Of a stretch of 64,000 bases of DNA, positions 14,203 through 29,110 are shown piece by piece. Made by a program: the position numbers and the translations under genes. Below the pieces are notes generated by a model. That model had not been told where the DNA came from. It ran no database searches and worked only from the letters and a program-made list of their open reading frames with translations. Position 1 is the stretch's first letter. Each line of letters begins with the position of its first letter. The stretch lies in the NCBI RefSeq assembly GCF_009914755.1, contig NC_060944.1. The stretch is one strand, 5' to 3'. The DNA comes from the human T2T-CHM13v2.0 reference genome, Homo sapiens.

Positions 14203-16149
14203 GCTTACATAACCAAAGCTTGCTAAATCCATTTTGGATGATCTTGTGAGCATATTATCCTTTCCCACTGAAGCTGCCTCAATGTGAGGAAGGCATCTGT
14301 CAATAAGCCACAGACTTGCAAAGATGCTGGTGATGTAAATATGCCTCCTGAGCTGCGCACTGGGGTATAAATGTTCTTAGTTTGACTTGACTTTTTGGAA
14401 CCCCCTGTATGTTCTCTTAGTTTGGAGTGTAGGCACATACATCTTTCCAGGGCAGCACTATGTGGATCATAGGTCATTAGGGTCTTCTGCACAGTGTTTT
14501 TCTCCTTCTCCTCCTGGTATCATAAAATCTGACCATATTCTCTATTTTTTGAGGAAATTCAGAATTAGAATATAACATTTTTTAATAAGATGAAATTGCA
14601 CAATTAATTACCCTTGGAGACAGAGAATAATTAGTTTATCTTGGGGGCTAATGGACATATTGCTTATTTTGTTTGAAGTTTTCTTAGTCTTTTGTTTGTT
14701 TCTTTCCACTTCAAAGCCCTGAAACCTCACGGCACATCAGACTGGCAGGGGCACTAATTTTTTATGGGAAGATCCAATTGACATGAAGTTCTAACTGCAG
14801 CAAAATCTCCCTTGGAACCATTCTTGCAATGTGATTGTGTAGAGAAGGGTGGCAGGTGTCCAGTCCCTTTCTCTGTTAACTGTACAGCTTGCTGCTGAGT
14901 TAGCATGCTTCAATGTCAGACTTGCCTTACATCCTGACTGATTTAAATTAATACCCTGGGTTTCGCACCTGCAGGAGCCAGAGAAGCTCAGGTGACATTT
15001 GGCAGAACGTACTAAATAATTACCGCACATGAGTGCCTTTCTTTACCAGCTGGAGAGAGTCTCTCTTGTGCTTTTGACATCGTTTTAAGAGAAACTTTTA
15101 GGTATGCCAAAAATATGTGAAAATCCAAATTGCATATACAAATACTTTTCCTTAAATGGAGTTCACAAGCGGTTTTTGAAAAAGATTTTTATTTATTTGG
15201 ATATGAAGGCATCTGAACAGCTTTAGAAAATAATTTGTTTTTTTGTATATTTCACCCTAAAACCAGCCTAATTGGTGAAATAACTTTTCATTCAAGAAAA
15301 AAACTGTTTACTCCTTTAATTGGTGAGTTTACAGGTAAAATGACAATTGTTTTGATAGCTTATGAATATTTTCTATTTATTTGAATATTTGAAATATATG
15401 TGTATTTGCATATTTGAAAGCTACATATTCCCAATTTATCTTCTTAGGTAGCTTCTTAGTAATCTCTCATTTCTGAATGTTTTACAGAGCATACACTTAT
15501 CCTTATTGAAGAATTTAAAGCAAGTAAGCAATCCAGTATGCTGAGCTCCCCCAACTATGTTGAGTATGACAATTAGAATACAAATGTGCTGGATCTAACA
15601 CAAGTTTGCTCAGGAGAAGTAAAGTCCTCTTCTTTTGTAAGAAAAAGGGAACAAACATTGTGTCATTTAAATGGCCACTTGTTATTCATTAGCATTTTCC
15701 TCAAAAATAATTTTAATTACAAAGATAATGCACACATTATAAATATTCCAATAGTAGAGGCATGTATGAAATCAGAAGGGAGCATTCTCTTTTCTACTCC
15801 ACGGAGTAACCTCTTTAATAATCATCTTAATAGATGTTTCATTATTGCATGTCTACTGTCTACCACACAGTGTGCTAAGTGAGAGGTATGAAGACAAACA
15901 AGACAAGGCCACCATTCTAAGAGGCTTAGCTAGATCCTATCCACCTCTGAGCTTCTGTGATTTTATTAAATAGCATGCAAAATTCTTGAAAGAAAGGATG
16001 ACTTTTTTCTGACCTTTGAGGCAAAATTAGGCACTCAGCAACATACCTTGTCTGTGGCCATCTTTAATGTAGGTGATGGCCCACTGGTGTTTGTGATTAC
16101 TTTATATGAGATGGTGTTTTGGAATTCTAGAAAGGGCTAGTAAAAAAGA

Positions 16150-17560
16150 ATCATTCCTTCCTTTATGCAATATTCACCTAGTGCACCCTAATGCCTGGTG
16201 TGGTTTTAAGCACTGCAGATGTAGCAGTGAAAACAACATACAACTTACTCAACAGAAGAGAGAGATATAGACAATGATGAACATTTTAAAAGGTAAAATA
16301 GATGTTAGATTGAGTCCCACAGTGAAAAATAAAGTAGGGAAGGATGATAGACAGTGCCAAAGAAGGGGTGCAATTTTAAAGAGAGTGAGCAGGACTGGCT
16401 TTACTGAGTACGTAATCTTAAGAGGTGAGAGTGTGAGCCATGTAAGAATCTGGGGGAAGAGCATTCCTTCCAGAAGGAAGATGGAAGAAGATGCTGAAGA
16501 GGAAGTATTCAAAGAAGAGCCAGGAGGTTGATGTGTCTGAGCAGAATCAATGGATGGGAAGCCACATGACACAGGTGGAGATGCAGCGGGGTCAGGCCAT
16601 GTGGAGCTTGAAGGTGGTTGTGAAGAATTTGGCTTTTAGTCTTAGTCTGATGGGGAGCCCTCAGGGGCTGTGTAGAGTTGGACAACTACAGAGTTTGAGC
16701 AAGTCCCCAAGATGGCTCTCACTTCTGACACCAACTGCAAGTTCATGGGTTTCTAAAACTACCCTAAGATTTAGTAAGTCACTAAAATGACTCCCAGAAC
16801 TCACCAAAAGCTATTAAACACACAGTTATGGTTTATCACAGCAGGGCATATAGATTGAAATCAAGCAAGCAAAGAAGTGCATGGGAGGATGGAGTCCAGA
16901 GAAGTACCAATTGTGGAGCTTCTGTTATCTTCTCCCTGTGGAATCCAGGCATGCTGCTTTCCTCCTGCCTGCATGTGACATTACACATGGAGCATTGCCT
17001 ACCTACATGCCCCTAAGCCACCACTCACAAAGATTTTACTGGGCTCCAGTATGTACGTGTGATTGATTGATTGATTGGTGGATCTCAGTCTCCAGGCTGA
17101 CTGATATCACATGACCTGAAGCCGTTATCTTGAGTTATATTGTTCCTGTCTAGCTCAAGTTTTCCAGGCAGGCAAACATTACCTTGCAGGAGATCCTAGC
17201 AAAGGGCTATTTTTAGATGAGGTTAAATTCTTCTCTATGCTGGAGGTGTTAGGCAAAGAAGTGACATAATCTTTTTTTTCTTTAAGACTTTCTCAGGCTA
17301 AAACCAGTTACGGGGTATTGTAGTACTCATGTGAGGGACAAGAATGGCTGTAGCCATGTGGGTAACAGTGAATATGGTCTTAAGTCTTGGATGATGATAG
17401 GTTTTTAAGCTAAAGCCAGAAGGATTTACTGACAGACTGGATGTGGGCTAAGAGGGAAAGGGAAGTGTTAGGGACCCTCCAGGAGCAGCTAAGACTGCAG
17501 AGAAAGGGTGCAGAGTGAGCACTGGGGCTGAGGATTTTCCAGAGGTCAGTTTTGGAAAGG
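16150..17560 (-). mobile_element. L2 fragment interrupted by an LTR
   Basis: Purine-rich L2 body on both sides of 16670-17230. Confidence 0.5.
16670..17230. mobile_element. ERVL-type solo LTR (MER21/MER77-like)
   Basis: ctcacttctgacaccaactgcaagttc...gactcccagaactcacc...gttatggtttatcacagcagggcatatagattgaaatc. Confidence 0.6.
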
Positions 17561-19040
17561 TTAACTTCAGGGCTCATTCAGCAGTTTACCCCACTTACTA
17601 AACTGCCATTTCATCTTGTCAGAGATTAGTAAAGCTACACATTGTGTTTGAGTTTAGAACTGTTAAAAGCACTGCTAATTCCAACCCATTTCTTATAACT
17701 GCTATTGCAGGAAGAATGTGTGAAAATGCTTTCTTCACACAAGGAGACAGATCATATCATAAAGCAAAAATGGAAAAAAGTGATCTTCCTTTGACTTTAT
17801 GCACATCATAAGTGATAAAGAACAGATACAATTAATAAACAACCACTGTCTGTTATACTAGCTTTGTTCTATGACTACAGATAATTAATTTATTCTTCTG
17901 TTTGTTGGTTGGTTTTTCCACCAACCTTCAAGTCCAGGCAGTAAGTATTAGAATTTACATCTAAAAGTGATAGCGAAGGTCTCTGTGCACATTTGAGGGG
18001 ACTCTGGCTGTTAGGAAACCTGTGCTAGTGATGATGAAATGGCAGGAGGAGGGCCACAGTGTGGCCCTGCACAGTCTGCACTGGGGCCTTTCTCTTCACC
18101 CTGCACACCAGCTAGGAAGCTTTATATCTCATAAGGTGTGCTAATCCTCCAGCACAGACACTGTACTTCACTGGAGCTGGAGAAACAAAACACCCAATTT
18201 TTGCATCCTAGTTTTTCTTTAATTAAAGCTGATCCTTTTCTTAGAGGGCGATTCCTGTTTCCAAATTCATATTTTCATTCTCAAAGAAGAGGTTTATTTT
18301 ATTCTGTTTTCACCCACCCATGAGCCTCCACATCACTCTTTCTCCCAGTCACACACGTTCCATTCCCATACTTCTTAGTCATTCTTGCTTCCCTACTGCT
18401 GTTCTGGGTTGCAGCTGCCCGCATTTCCTTCAAGGCAAATATGTGGCTGTGCCTCTCTCGTGAGGTTTTCCAAAGAGTCCTGTTCTCTTTGGCTTTGACG
18501 TTTTAAAGGGTTAAAATAGCAACAACAACAAATTCTAATTAAATGCTTATTTGATGCCGGATCCTTTGCTAAATACAAAATGCAATCTCTCACCATTCTG
18601 TGTGGTTTGGGAAACCTTGTTATTCACATTTGAAATATGAAGTCATGGAGACTTCGAGAAGTCAAGGCACTTGTCCAGGGTCGTGATTGCATCATGGGAG
18701 GGAGCTGGGATTGAGACTTCTTATCTTCCAGACATAGCTCCACATCACCTGGAGCAGGGCTCTAGGAACTAGACCTGTGTTTCCAAAAATGTGGTATGAT
18801 TTTGGGCAGTAGAGGCGATGTTAAATAAATATGAGTCTCACGGTGATAGTCATTTTCTTTTCCATTTACTTTTTGATCTTTTTGGTTGAATAATGGAGAA
18901 ACATTTCAGTTGGATGCCGCATGCCTGACACACATCTCTAAAACTTTCTAATGTACCTGTGTTACTAAGAAGTGAGCAAACTTCTAGCTCAAATCTTTGA
19001 CAGCAAGAGGATGTAGCAGAATTTGATAACAATTTTTTAA

Positions 19041-19328
<288 letters not shown>

Positions 19329-19911
19329 CTTTTAATGTATTTTTTAAGTCTGCTTTCAATTTATAACAGGGGATACTGGTTTGCTATTGATGTGATGATT
19401 CTAACTTACAAAAATATATTCGTTTAAGGAAAATAAAGCAAGTTGATTAAAAATGAATCACGTAGGTGGCACAAAGATTTGACAACCATCATGAAAGTTG
19501 TTTGTGAATGATGGATGTCGCCAGCTGTCCCATGCTCAGAATCCTGAGTGGCAAGTGATACATGATGTGTTATCTCACATCAATTCCCATTTCTCACCCT
19601 ACCAGTCATAGAAAGGGCTAGGAAAACAATTGCAGTAGCAGGTGGGCCAGATTCCCCTGATTTCCAGCGAGTACACACACGGGGCACTAGGAGAATAGAC
19701 TGCTGCTTTGTCTTAAGCTGAGATCAACCAGGCAGCAATGCCAGTGATTGGAACAGGAAAGACAACAAAGATAGTCAACCACAGAATGTCCTTGTCATCC
19801 CAGTCTGTACTGAAGCAACAGTTCCCTAAACTCGGACACTGCCTTGTATAGAAAACCTCTTACCAGGTATTCATTACCTGGGTTCTCCCTTGTCCTCATT
19901 TTGGTCTATTT

Positions 19912-20083
19912 CAATGATTTTCAACTGGGGATACTTGTCAATGTCTGGAGACACTTTTGGTTGTTAAACTGCAGGGTACTACTGGCATCTAGTGAGTAGA
20001 GGCCGGGGATGCTGCTCAGTAAACTACAACGCCCAGGACAGCCCTAATAACAAAGCACGATCAGACCACGTCAGTGTTGCTGA
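19912..20083 (+). mobile_element. MER20 (internally deleted)
   Basis: aatgtctggagacacttttggttg...actactggcatctagtgagtagaggccggggatgctgct. Confidence 0.8.
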
Positions 20084-20252
20084 CTTTAGTAGAGCTGAGA
20101 TCAAGTCCGTATTACAAGCTCCTTAGAAATTCCTCCCAAATTTATTCCTCACAATGAAACTCCTAGAACCTACGTGGCTAAGCCTCTTGCTTCTTCATCT
20201 CATGTCTGTGAAAGTACGTTTTCTTGTCATAGTGTTGTTGGCCTTGCTATAG

Positions 20253-20605
<353 letters not shown>

Positions 20606-21077
20606 TCAAACTGTATTTTTAGTTTGCCTCACTTTCACAGACAAAAGTAAACATTCTGTGCTTTTTTTTTTTTTACTTTTAATTTTATATCCCTCTCTGT
20701 CAGGTGCTTCGGATCTGTTTCTCTCAGGTTTTTGGATTCCAGATTTTCATTTTCCCAACGCTGACACCCACCCCTCTTCTCAACTGTACATTTCCTTTTT
20801 TAATTGCCGCATCAGTATGGCTCATGCAACCATGATATTATTCTCAAATGTTTTGCATATGTAGATCTTGTCTCTCCAAATTAATTCTCAGCTCCTCAAA
20901 GAGAAAGCCTATGTTTACATCCTTCACAGCGGCTGTTATGCTTTGTCTCTGATAGGTGTAACAAGTACCTTATTCTTTCAATTATAACGTAATTGTAAAT
21001 GTAAAATACAACATTGATTTAATAGCTGCCTTGGCAGGGGTAGGGAAAAAGAAAAGCTTACCTTAAATATACATGTT

Positions 21078-21371
21078 GGCCGGGCACGGTGGCTCATGCC
21101 TGTAATCCCAGCACTTTGGGAGGCTGAGGTGGATGGATCACCCGAGGTCAGGAGTTCGAGACCAGCCTGGCCAAGATGGTGAAACCCCATCTCAACTAAA
21201 AATATAAAAATTACCCAGGCGTGGTGGCAGGTGCCTGTAATCCCAGCTACTTAGGAGGCTGAGGCAGAGAATTGCTTGAACCTGGAAGGTGGAAAGGTTG
21301 CAGTGAGCCAAGATGGTGCCACTGCACTCCAGCCTGGGCAACAGAGCAAGACTGTGTCTCAAAAAAAAAAA

Positions 21372-21372
<1 letters not shown>
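21078..21372 (+). mobile_element. AluS followed by (TA)n(CA)n
   Basis: Full dimer. Confidence 0.92.
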
Positions 21373-21405
<33 letters not shown>

Positions 21406-21519
21406 GTATACACACACACACGTTGAGGTCAAAATGTGTTCTGCTTTTGGCAGTGTCCATATATTCTACACACACACACACACACAAACACACACAGAGA
21501 GAGAGAGAGACAGAGAGAG
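21373..21519. repeat. (TA)n/(CA)n and (CA)n(GA)n microsatellites
   Basis: Direct reading. Confidence 0.9.
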
Positions 21520-22315
21520 CCATGTGCACAGAATACATCTTGGAAGCAAGAAAATATGAAACTTATTGGCTTACTGATTTCAAATGTTTACTTATTCATT
21601 CTGTCTACCATGAGATAATTTATTTTAGTTTTCATAATTTCAACCCCATTAGTATTTTTCTAATAAGATATGTTAGTGTGCAATGTTATGGGCAAAACGA
21701 GAGAACAGAGTTTCTGAAGTTGGGCACTCAGTGCATATGAACCATAGTGTCTTGGTCTTGAATCTTCACAGTACCCAGGATCACAGTCCCAGCACATGCA
21801 CACTTGTGCTCTGTCCACTGGGGGCTCAGCCCCGCAGGCTACCCCTCTTCCCACCACCTCCCCAACATGTTGGCTTCACTTACCTGTGTCCCACCTTAAA
21901 GCTTTATATGTGCAGTTCTGTCTGTCAAGGCTGTTTTTCCTGCCTTCTTTCTCAAACCACTCCCCTCCCCAGGGTAACTCAATGAATTCTCAGTGTCAGT
22001 AAAAGTTGCTCAAGGAAGCCTGGGTCAGGTTCCCGGTGATGCTTTTCCTAGCACTGCCTTCTGCTTCACAATTCATTCTACAGTTATTTATTGAACATGA
22101 AATGTAAACCAAGCCATGCTCTAGGCATTAGTGGAAAAGCTGCGAGTATATCAGAACAAAATCCCCGTCTACAGGGAGCTTACATTCTGGTAAAGTAATG
22201 GAAGCTCTCTTTACTTCAAGATGTAATTGTGTACTCTACATATCCTATTTAATACTTGCAGTAAATCTAGGTGAGAGTTCTTAGCATTACATTTGTTTAC
22301 ATATAAAAATGCAGA

Positions 22316-22412
22316 TTTAGGCAGGTTAGATAGCTGACAGTAGGTCACAAAGCTGGTGAGATGGCAGGCCAGCCAGGTGATCCCTGGTCAAGCTCCTGCA
22401 TTCTATTATGTT
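22316..22412 (+). repeat. Left arm of a 97-bp inverted repeat (donor copy)
   Basis: Reverse complement of 23431-23527 with 2 mismatches. Confidence 0.95.
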
Positions 22413-23309
22413 GCCTTTGGTAGGTGGAAGAATGAATCCTTCCCAACATTTTCTGAGCTATTGGTTCCTTCTGAATTCTTGAATAATTGAATAATCCATG
22501 ATTCGGAGTGACAGGCATTTCATTTAGGCAATTATTGGGAAACTCAAAACTATACCTGCATCTATATGGCAGCAATATTATTATATTTGAATCCTTATCA
22601 TCACAGAGGAAATTAGAAAGGCCTAACTTAAACTTTTTTTTTAACCTTCTCTGGGTTTCCAATCCACTGGTTTCCATTAATGTACGGAGTGTTTGGGCCA
22701 CTTGGGGCCACTTTGGATACAGGAAGAGCATCCAGGGTAAAAATCAATGGGTAAAGAGAAAGGAGGAATCGGGAGCAACAGAAGTTAAAGCAGGTGGCTT
22801 TGCTATTCTGCTAAAGGGTAAACCCATTAGAACATCTTTGTTCTGTGTTGCATTTTCTCTGGAGACGAGAAGCAGACATGGCTGTAGGAGGTTATGTAAG
22901 ACCATTAGCCTGTTTGATGTGCCTTTCTTTTCACTTCCTTTTTTTGGTTTGTTTGTTTTCTTCTTACTGCCTTGGGGAGTTAGCCCATCATATGGTTTTG
23001 ATGGAGGCATGTAGTAACATTTTAGAGTGTTGTAAAGCTGCTTATGAAACGGTTCCAAACACATCAATTAGGAGGGGTGGATAAGATAAAAGGACTTGTG
23101 GGTAGAGTATAGAAGAGACCTGATGGAAGAGCATCTGAAGGTCAGTTTGTGGTCATTAGCATCTTCATGGGTCAGGCTGTCCAATGAAGGACACATGGCT
23201 TTGAGCAATAGGAGCAAAAGTCCTAACAATTTACACCAAAGGCCTCATTTCTGTTCTATTTAGAGCTCTTAATGCATTTTGTGTCTTTAATGCACAGTGG
23301 TGATTTCTT

Positions 23310-23740
23310 GGCCAGATCTGGTTGATTAAGGCCTTTTGACTCTCACAACTTAAAAAGAAAATGAAACAAGTTGCTGACATATAAAATTCAGGTGACTTCA
23401 CATAAAAGTCAAGAAGTCTTGCTTCTCTTAAACATAATAGAATGCAGGAGCTTGATCAGGGATCACCTGGCTGGCCTGCCATCTCACCAGCTTTGTGACC
23501 TACTGTCAGCTATCTAACCTGTCTAAACAATCAGAAACTGTGAGTACCTTGGACGCGTATTTCCCCATTCCCCCACATAGACTCCTGTCTAGGGCTGACT
23601 TCTGGATACCATGCTTAGACAGGACCTGTGCTCTCTGCTAGCTGCGCTACCTCTACCCTAGGTCATAGTGAGTTTGAGCACCTTTATGCATTCACGTTCT
23701 CTGCCTGAACTCTAATGGAATTTGAGGTTGTGTCTCCTGT
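23310..23740 (-). mobile_element. LTR33-like ERVL LTR relic, interrupted at about 23431-23527
   Basis: ttcacataaaagtc...gcttctctta/aacaatcagaa and gcattcacgttctctgcctg...aatttgaggttgtgtctcctg resemble LTR33; a related fragment lies at about 32715-32870. Confidence 0.6.
23431..23527 (-). repeat. Right arm of the 97-bp inverted repeat (inserted copy)
   Basis: Reverse complement of 22316-22412; interrupts an LTR33-like element. Confidence 0.95.
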
Positions 23741-23761
23741 TGTTTTCTGTTAGTGGTAAGT

Positions 23762-23798
<37 letters not shown>
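23762..23798. repeat. (TG)n microsatellite
   Basis: About 18 perfect units. Confidence 0.95.
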
Positions 23799-23799
<1 letters not shown>

Positions 23800-23965
23800 C
23801 CAGATCTTCAGGCAGAGGAGAGGGAAGTCCATGTACATTAAAGAAGAATGTTTAGTCCTATAGTTTTGGTTTCATTTGTTTTTGATAACAATATTTATTT
23901 AGAGATTTAAATGTCATTAAGGGAAGGTTGTGGATTTATTATGTTTCTTAAAAGTGGGCATTGGG

Positions 23966-24440
<475 letters not shown>

Positions 24441-25017
24441 CTAAAAATCTAAACTACATTTCCTACGGCGGGTTGCAGTTAACAAAGACTTTGAAAGCAA
24501 CTAGATTGTCCAAGCTTGAGAAACATAGCTGCAAGTTTTGGTATTAATCTGTCACACTACAAGTATTTCTGAGTAACAGGTACCTTCATTACTTCTGGAA
24601 CCAAGGTTGGCATTTAAGGAAGTAAATAAATATACAGTGACCTCTGCCCCAGGGGAAACCAGTGGCCACTTTTTCCTCTTAAAGAATTGATTAAGATTAC
24701 TTCCTTCTCTTGACAAATTAATATTTCCTAATTGATGGAATAAAGATGTATGAAAAACAAAACCTTACAGAATTGGATGCCAAACAATAGAGTCAAGTTT
24801 GTATGGCGGCTTAAATAAGGAAGAGGAAGTAGAAAGGGTTTAAGTATTTTAAGATGTCTTCAGGGAAGAAATGGGACTTTACTGAAAATGCCTTGAATTT
24901 CAGTTTCAGATCTTCTTTGGGTTAAAATGACTTAATAATTAAAATCACATGATCAACCTCATGAGCTAGTTCTTTAGATTAGCTTATTGAAAGAGCCTTC
25001 ATGTTTTTCCCTCTATT

Positions 25018-25384
<367 letters not shown>

Positions 25385-25849
25385 TAATTCAAATGTAATG
25401 GGTTTTGGCCCACTACTTAGGCCATGCCATATGTATAGAAGGCTGTCATTTGGCTGTGGTACTGGGCCAACTGCGAAACATTAGATACATCTTCCTCGTA
25501 TTATTGCATTAACTGCATAGACTGGGCTAGACTAAAAAAAATAACAGTGGTTTAGGCTGAGAATTTGCTTAGTTTCTATGCTGTGTTAAACAGTTCTTTA
25601 GATGGGAGCAAAATTCAGGCACTGAAGCTACCGTTCAGTTTTTCAGCAAGAAATTCTGAAATGGAAGGAGTGGCGTTGTGTCTTAGAATAATTCGGCTCT
25701 TTAAAACAAGCAAGCAAACAAAACAACCTCTTAGTTTACTGTTGGCATATGTATGTATCAAATTCAGAGCTTCTTTTAATATCCCTGCATATGATTTTGT
25801 CCAAGTTCTTTAAAAATATTTATAATAATTAAATATATCTTAGTGTAGT

Positions 25850-25985
25850 TTTATATATATACACACACTAAAATATATATATAGCATATATACACACACA
25901 CTAAAATATATAGAGAGCATATATATACACACACTAAAATATATAGAGAGCATATATATACACATACATATACTAAAATATATTT
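25850..25985. repeat. TA/CA-rich minisatellite, unit of about 32 bp, about 4 copies
   Basis: acacactaaaatatatagagagcatatatat recurs. Confidence 0.85.
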
Positions 25986-26748
25986 AAGTAAAAAGCATTT
26001 ATTTGTTTCTTGCCTAATTGTGTGTACCAGTCTTCCCTTATTAATGAAATTTATTTCTCTTTGTTTACCTTTACCATCTGAGGTACAGATACCGTTCTTC
26101 TTAACACTTGATGTTAATTATCAAAACCATACAACTTTCCGTGAAGAACTTCTCTAATGTTCCAAATATTAATTCAGCACAGTCATGCTCATTGAAAAAA
26201 AAATTAACTGCATTTGATCCATCACATTGAATGAAAGCTGGAGTAATATTTGATCTAGGATTTTAGGAAGGAAAGAATCCTTAAAGTCATGGTCTGTAGG
26301 GAAAGCGAGAACAGAATCTAAGAGACATAGAATCTTTCTGTCTCTCTGCGCTGGCAGTTTCTGATGAGGAGCTATTCACAGACTGTACAAAGGAATACGC
26401 TTGCACAGGTATTTCTCTTTGAGAGTGGCAAGGTGAAGGATAGGGAAGGTGAAGTATTTATTATACTGCAAATCAAGAAACAGCTTTTTTTTAAAAAAAA
26501 TTTCTGTTTTACTTTGTGATAAAACCATTCAGCACAGGTTAGCCTGGAGTCCCTTGGTCCCCTGCCCTTGTTAATAACAATTAATTGAACACTTTGAACA
26601 TTCCGATTCTAGTTAACTTTGTTTAACAAATGTGAACAAGAATAAAAAATAATAAATGGGCGCAGCCTAATGGAGTATGCCAGGATCTTGGTGCATTGAA
26701 CTTCTAGGCGCTGGATTTTCAGAAGCTGTTTTGTTTTTGTTTTCACAG

Positions 26749-26884
26749 GATGTGTGAGACTGGTGAAGGGCTGTTTATCTTTCAGACCCGAGACGGGGAG
26801 GCCATCTATCAGAAAGTCCACTCTGCTGCCTTGGCCATAGCCGAGCAGCACGAGCGCTTGCTACAGAGTGTGAAAAACTCGATG
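26749..26884 (+). CDS. DOK5: DOK5 coding exon (probably exon 6), end of PTB: [45 protein letters not shown]
   Basis: tttgttttcacag| acceptor, ATG|gtacgt donor; 136 nt, phase 2 to 0; GR-C-TGEG-F-F-T motif continues from the previous exon. Confidence 0.96.
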
Positions 26885-27639
26885 GTACGTTTGGAATTTC
26901 TTCCTCGTGTCCCAGTGCCTATCACTGCAGAAAGCAATTGGGTCATTTTTGTGCTGGAAAATATGGTCAGCATTATTTGAGCAGATGACTGATTCCTCTT
27001 CTCAACAGTGTATCACTTGGATTAAATGGCATTCCAGAATGCCTGATGTGGGCCGTTGGTAATACCTTGGCCATACATCCCCATTATCTACTTTACAACT
27101 CAATCGTAAGGGTGTGTAAAACTAATTTGCGTGTGTACAGACATCTATAGACACAACCATGTGGATCATCTACCTATGGAGATATGTCTTGCTATGTCAG
27201 AAGTTATTTCAAATGTCAACAGGGGCCAGAGAGAAAAATGTAAATGAAAGAAGAGGGCTGAGGGAAACTGGAGTGAAATGTCAAAAGCCCAAGACCAGAC
27301 AACTGTTGACATGAGAACAAGAGATTGTGACATCCATCTAGGTAGATCCCTTGATTTTTCAAGGGAAGCCAAAGATTTGAGTCTATATGTAATACCTGCT
27401 AGTTGGTAACTGTTGGAAATTAATTCTAGTTAAGAGTGCAACACTTTGTGGGTCAAAGAGAACCTGTCTGCGGGTGAACTGCTACCCACAGCCATGCGTG
27501 TGCCATCTCTTCACAGTCATCGGTATATAAAGATGCCCAAACATAAACACATAGCACACATAAACATGCCCTCAGAACACTTACTCTTTGCTTTACACTG
27601 TGCTGGGGACTTGGATTACATAAATAATTATGTTCATGA

Positions 27640-27940
27640 GGCCAGGTGCGGTGGCTCACTCTTGTAATCCCAGAACTGTAATCAGGCTGAGGCAGACTGA
27701 TTGCTTGAGCCCAGAAGTTTGAGACCAGCCTGGACAACATGGGGAGACCCTGTCTCTACAAAAATACAAAAATTAGCCAGGTGTGGTGGTATGCGACTGT
27801 AGTTCCGGCTACTCAAGAGGCTGAGATAGGAGGATCACTTGAGCCCAGGAGGTGAAGGCTACAGTGAGCCGAGTTTGTGCCACTGCACTTCAGCCTGAGT
27901 GACAAAGAGAGACACTGCCTAAAAATTTAAAAAAAATAAT
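27640..27940 (+). mobile_element. AluJ
   Basis: ttgagcccagaagtttgagacc; TSD aataattatgttcatga. Confidence 0.92.
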
Positions 27941-28269
27941 AATAATTATGTTCATGAGTTTTTTCTTTAAGGAGGGTAAATTCATGAAATCATAAATCAT
28001 AAATGAATGCACAACACTTAAGTAATGCACATCATGCGTTGTGGCTGCAAATGTATATATAGAGCTTCACATCTGGAAGGAAATATACAAAACAAAAAGG
28101 AATTGCGTTGGCAAGATTAGGGTAGTTTGAAACTTTATGATTGAAACATGTGGGGTGGTTGGATTTAAAGAGTGGAGGGGCAAAGCATGCCAGTAATGTG
28201 ATCTGTTCCAACACAGCCCCGGGTTATTCCCAAATGACGTCTATAGGCAGCAATCCGGGATTTTAGAGC

Positions 28270-28595
28270 CGGGGTCAGCAAATCTTCCTGTAAAGAGACA
28301 GTAAATGTTTTATGCTTTGTGGACTAACATGGCCTGCAAGTACTTAACTGCCCTTGTAGCACAGCTGCAGCTATTGGAAAGATGTAATCAAATGAGCATG
28401 GCCATGTCTCAAAACAAACTTTATTAATGGACATTGAGATACAAATTTCATATAATTTTCACATGTCAGGAAATATTACTCTTCTGTTGATTTTCTCTCA
28501 ACCATTAAAAAGTGCAGGTTTTTTTCATTGTTTGTTTTTTGCATATGGGTCATTCAGAAACAGTCAGCAGGCTGGATTTGGGCCGCAGGACAGAG
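28270..28595. mobile_element. MER58B-like hAT-Charlie element
   Basis: ggggtcagcaaatcttcctgtaaag...aaactttattaatggacattgag...ggctggatttgggccgcagg. Confidence 0.75.
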
Positions 28596-28742
28596 CTTAT
28601 ACTTGGAAAAGAGCAAGTGCCTGCCCCCGTGAGCCAGTGCTGACGTAAGCATTTGCGAGAAACCAGGCTTGAAGACTTGTGTATGATTTCAGAGGTGGTG
28701 GACGTGGGCATGCTGAGGAGGCCTGGAATGAATTAAGGGATT

Positions 28743-29110
28743 CTGATGGTTGTTTTTATATGTCAACCTGACTGGGACACAGGGTGCCTAGATATTTGGT
28801 TAAACTTTCTTGTGAGTATGTCTCTGAGGGTGTTCCTGAGTGACAGTAATATTTGAAATGATAGATTGAGTAAAGCAAATTGCCCTCTGCTATGTGAGTG
28901 GGCCTCATCCAATCTGATGGAGGCCAGAATAGAACAAAAGGAGGGTAAGAGAGAATTAGCTCTCTTTGTGGTCTTGAGTTGGGACATTGGTCTCCTTTGG
29001 CCTTCAAATCCAGACCAGAAACCATCACCATTGGCTTTCAGGCCTTCAGACTGCATATCTTGGTGTATATATCCTATTTACTCTGTTTCTGGAAAACTGT
29101 GACTAATATA
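28743..29110 (+). mobile_element. MLT2 solo LTR (ERVL)
   Basis: tgatggtt...tgtcaacctgactgg...gtgggcctcatccaatc...ctctgtttctggaaaactgtgactaata. Confidence 0.8.

Noticed and set aside
22345-23084. Overlapping 168/128/107-aa ORFs in the inverted-repeat spacer, suggesting a TIR transposon
   Set aside because: No transposase motifs, and the right arm interrupts an older LTR with template-switch junctions instead of a TSD flanking the whole unit.
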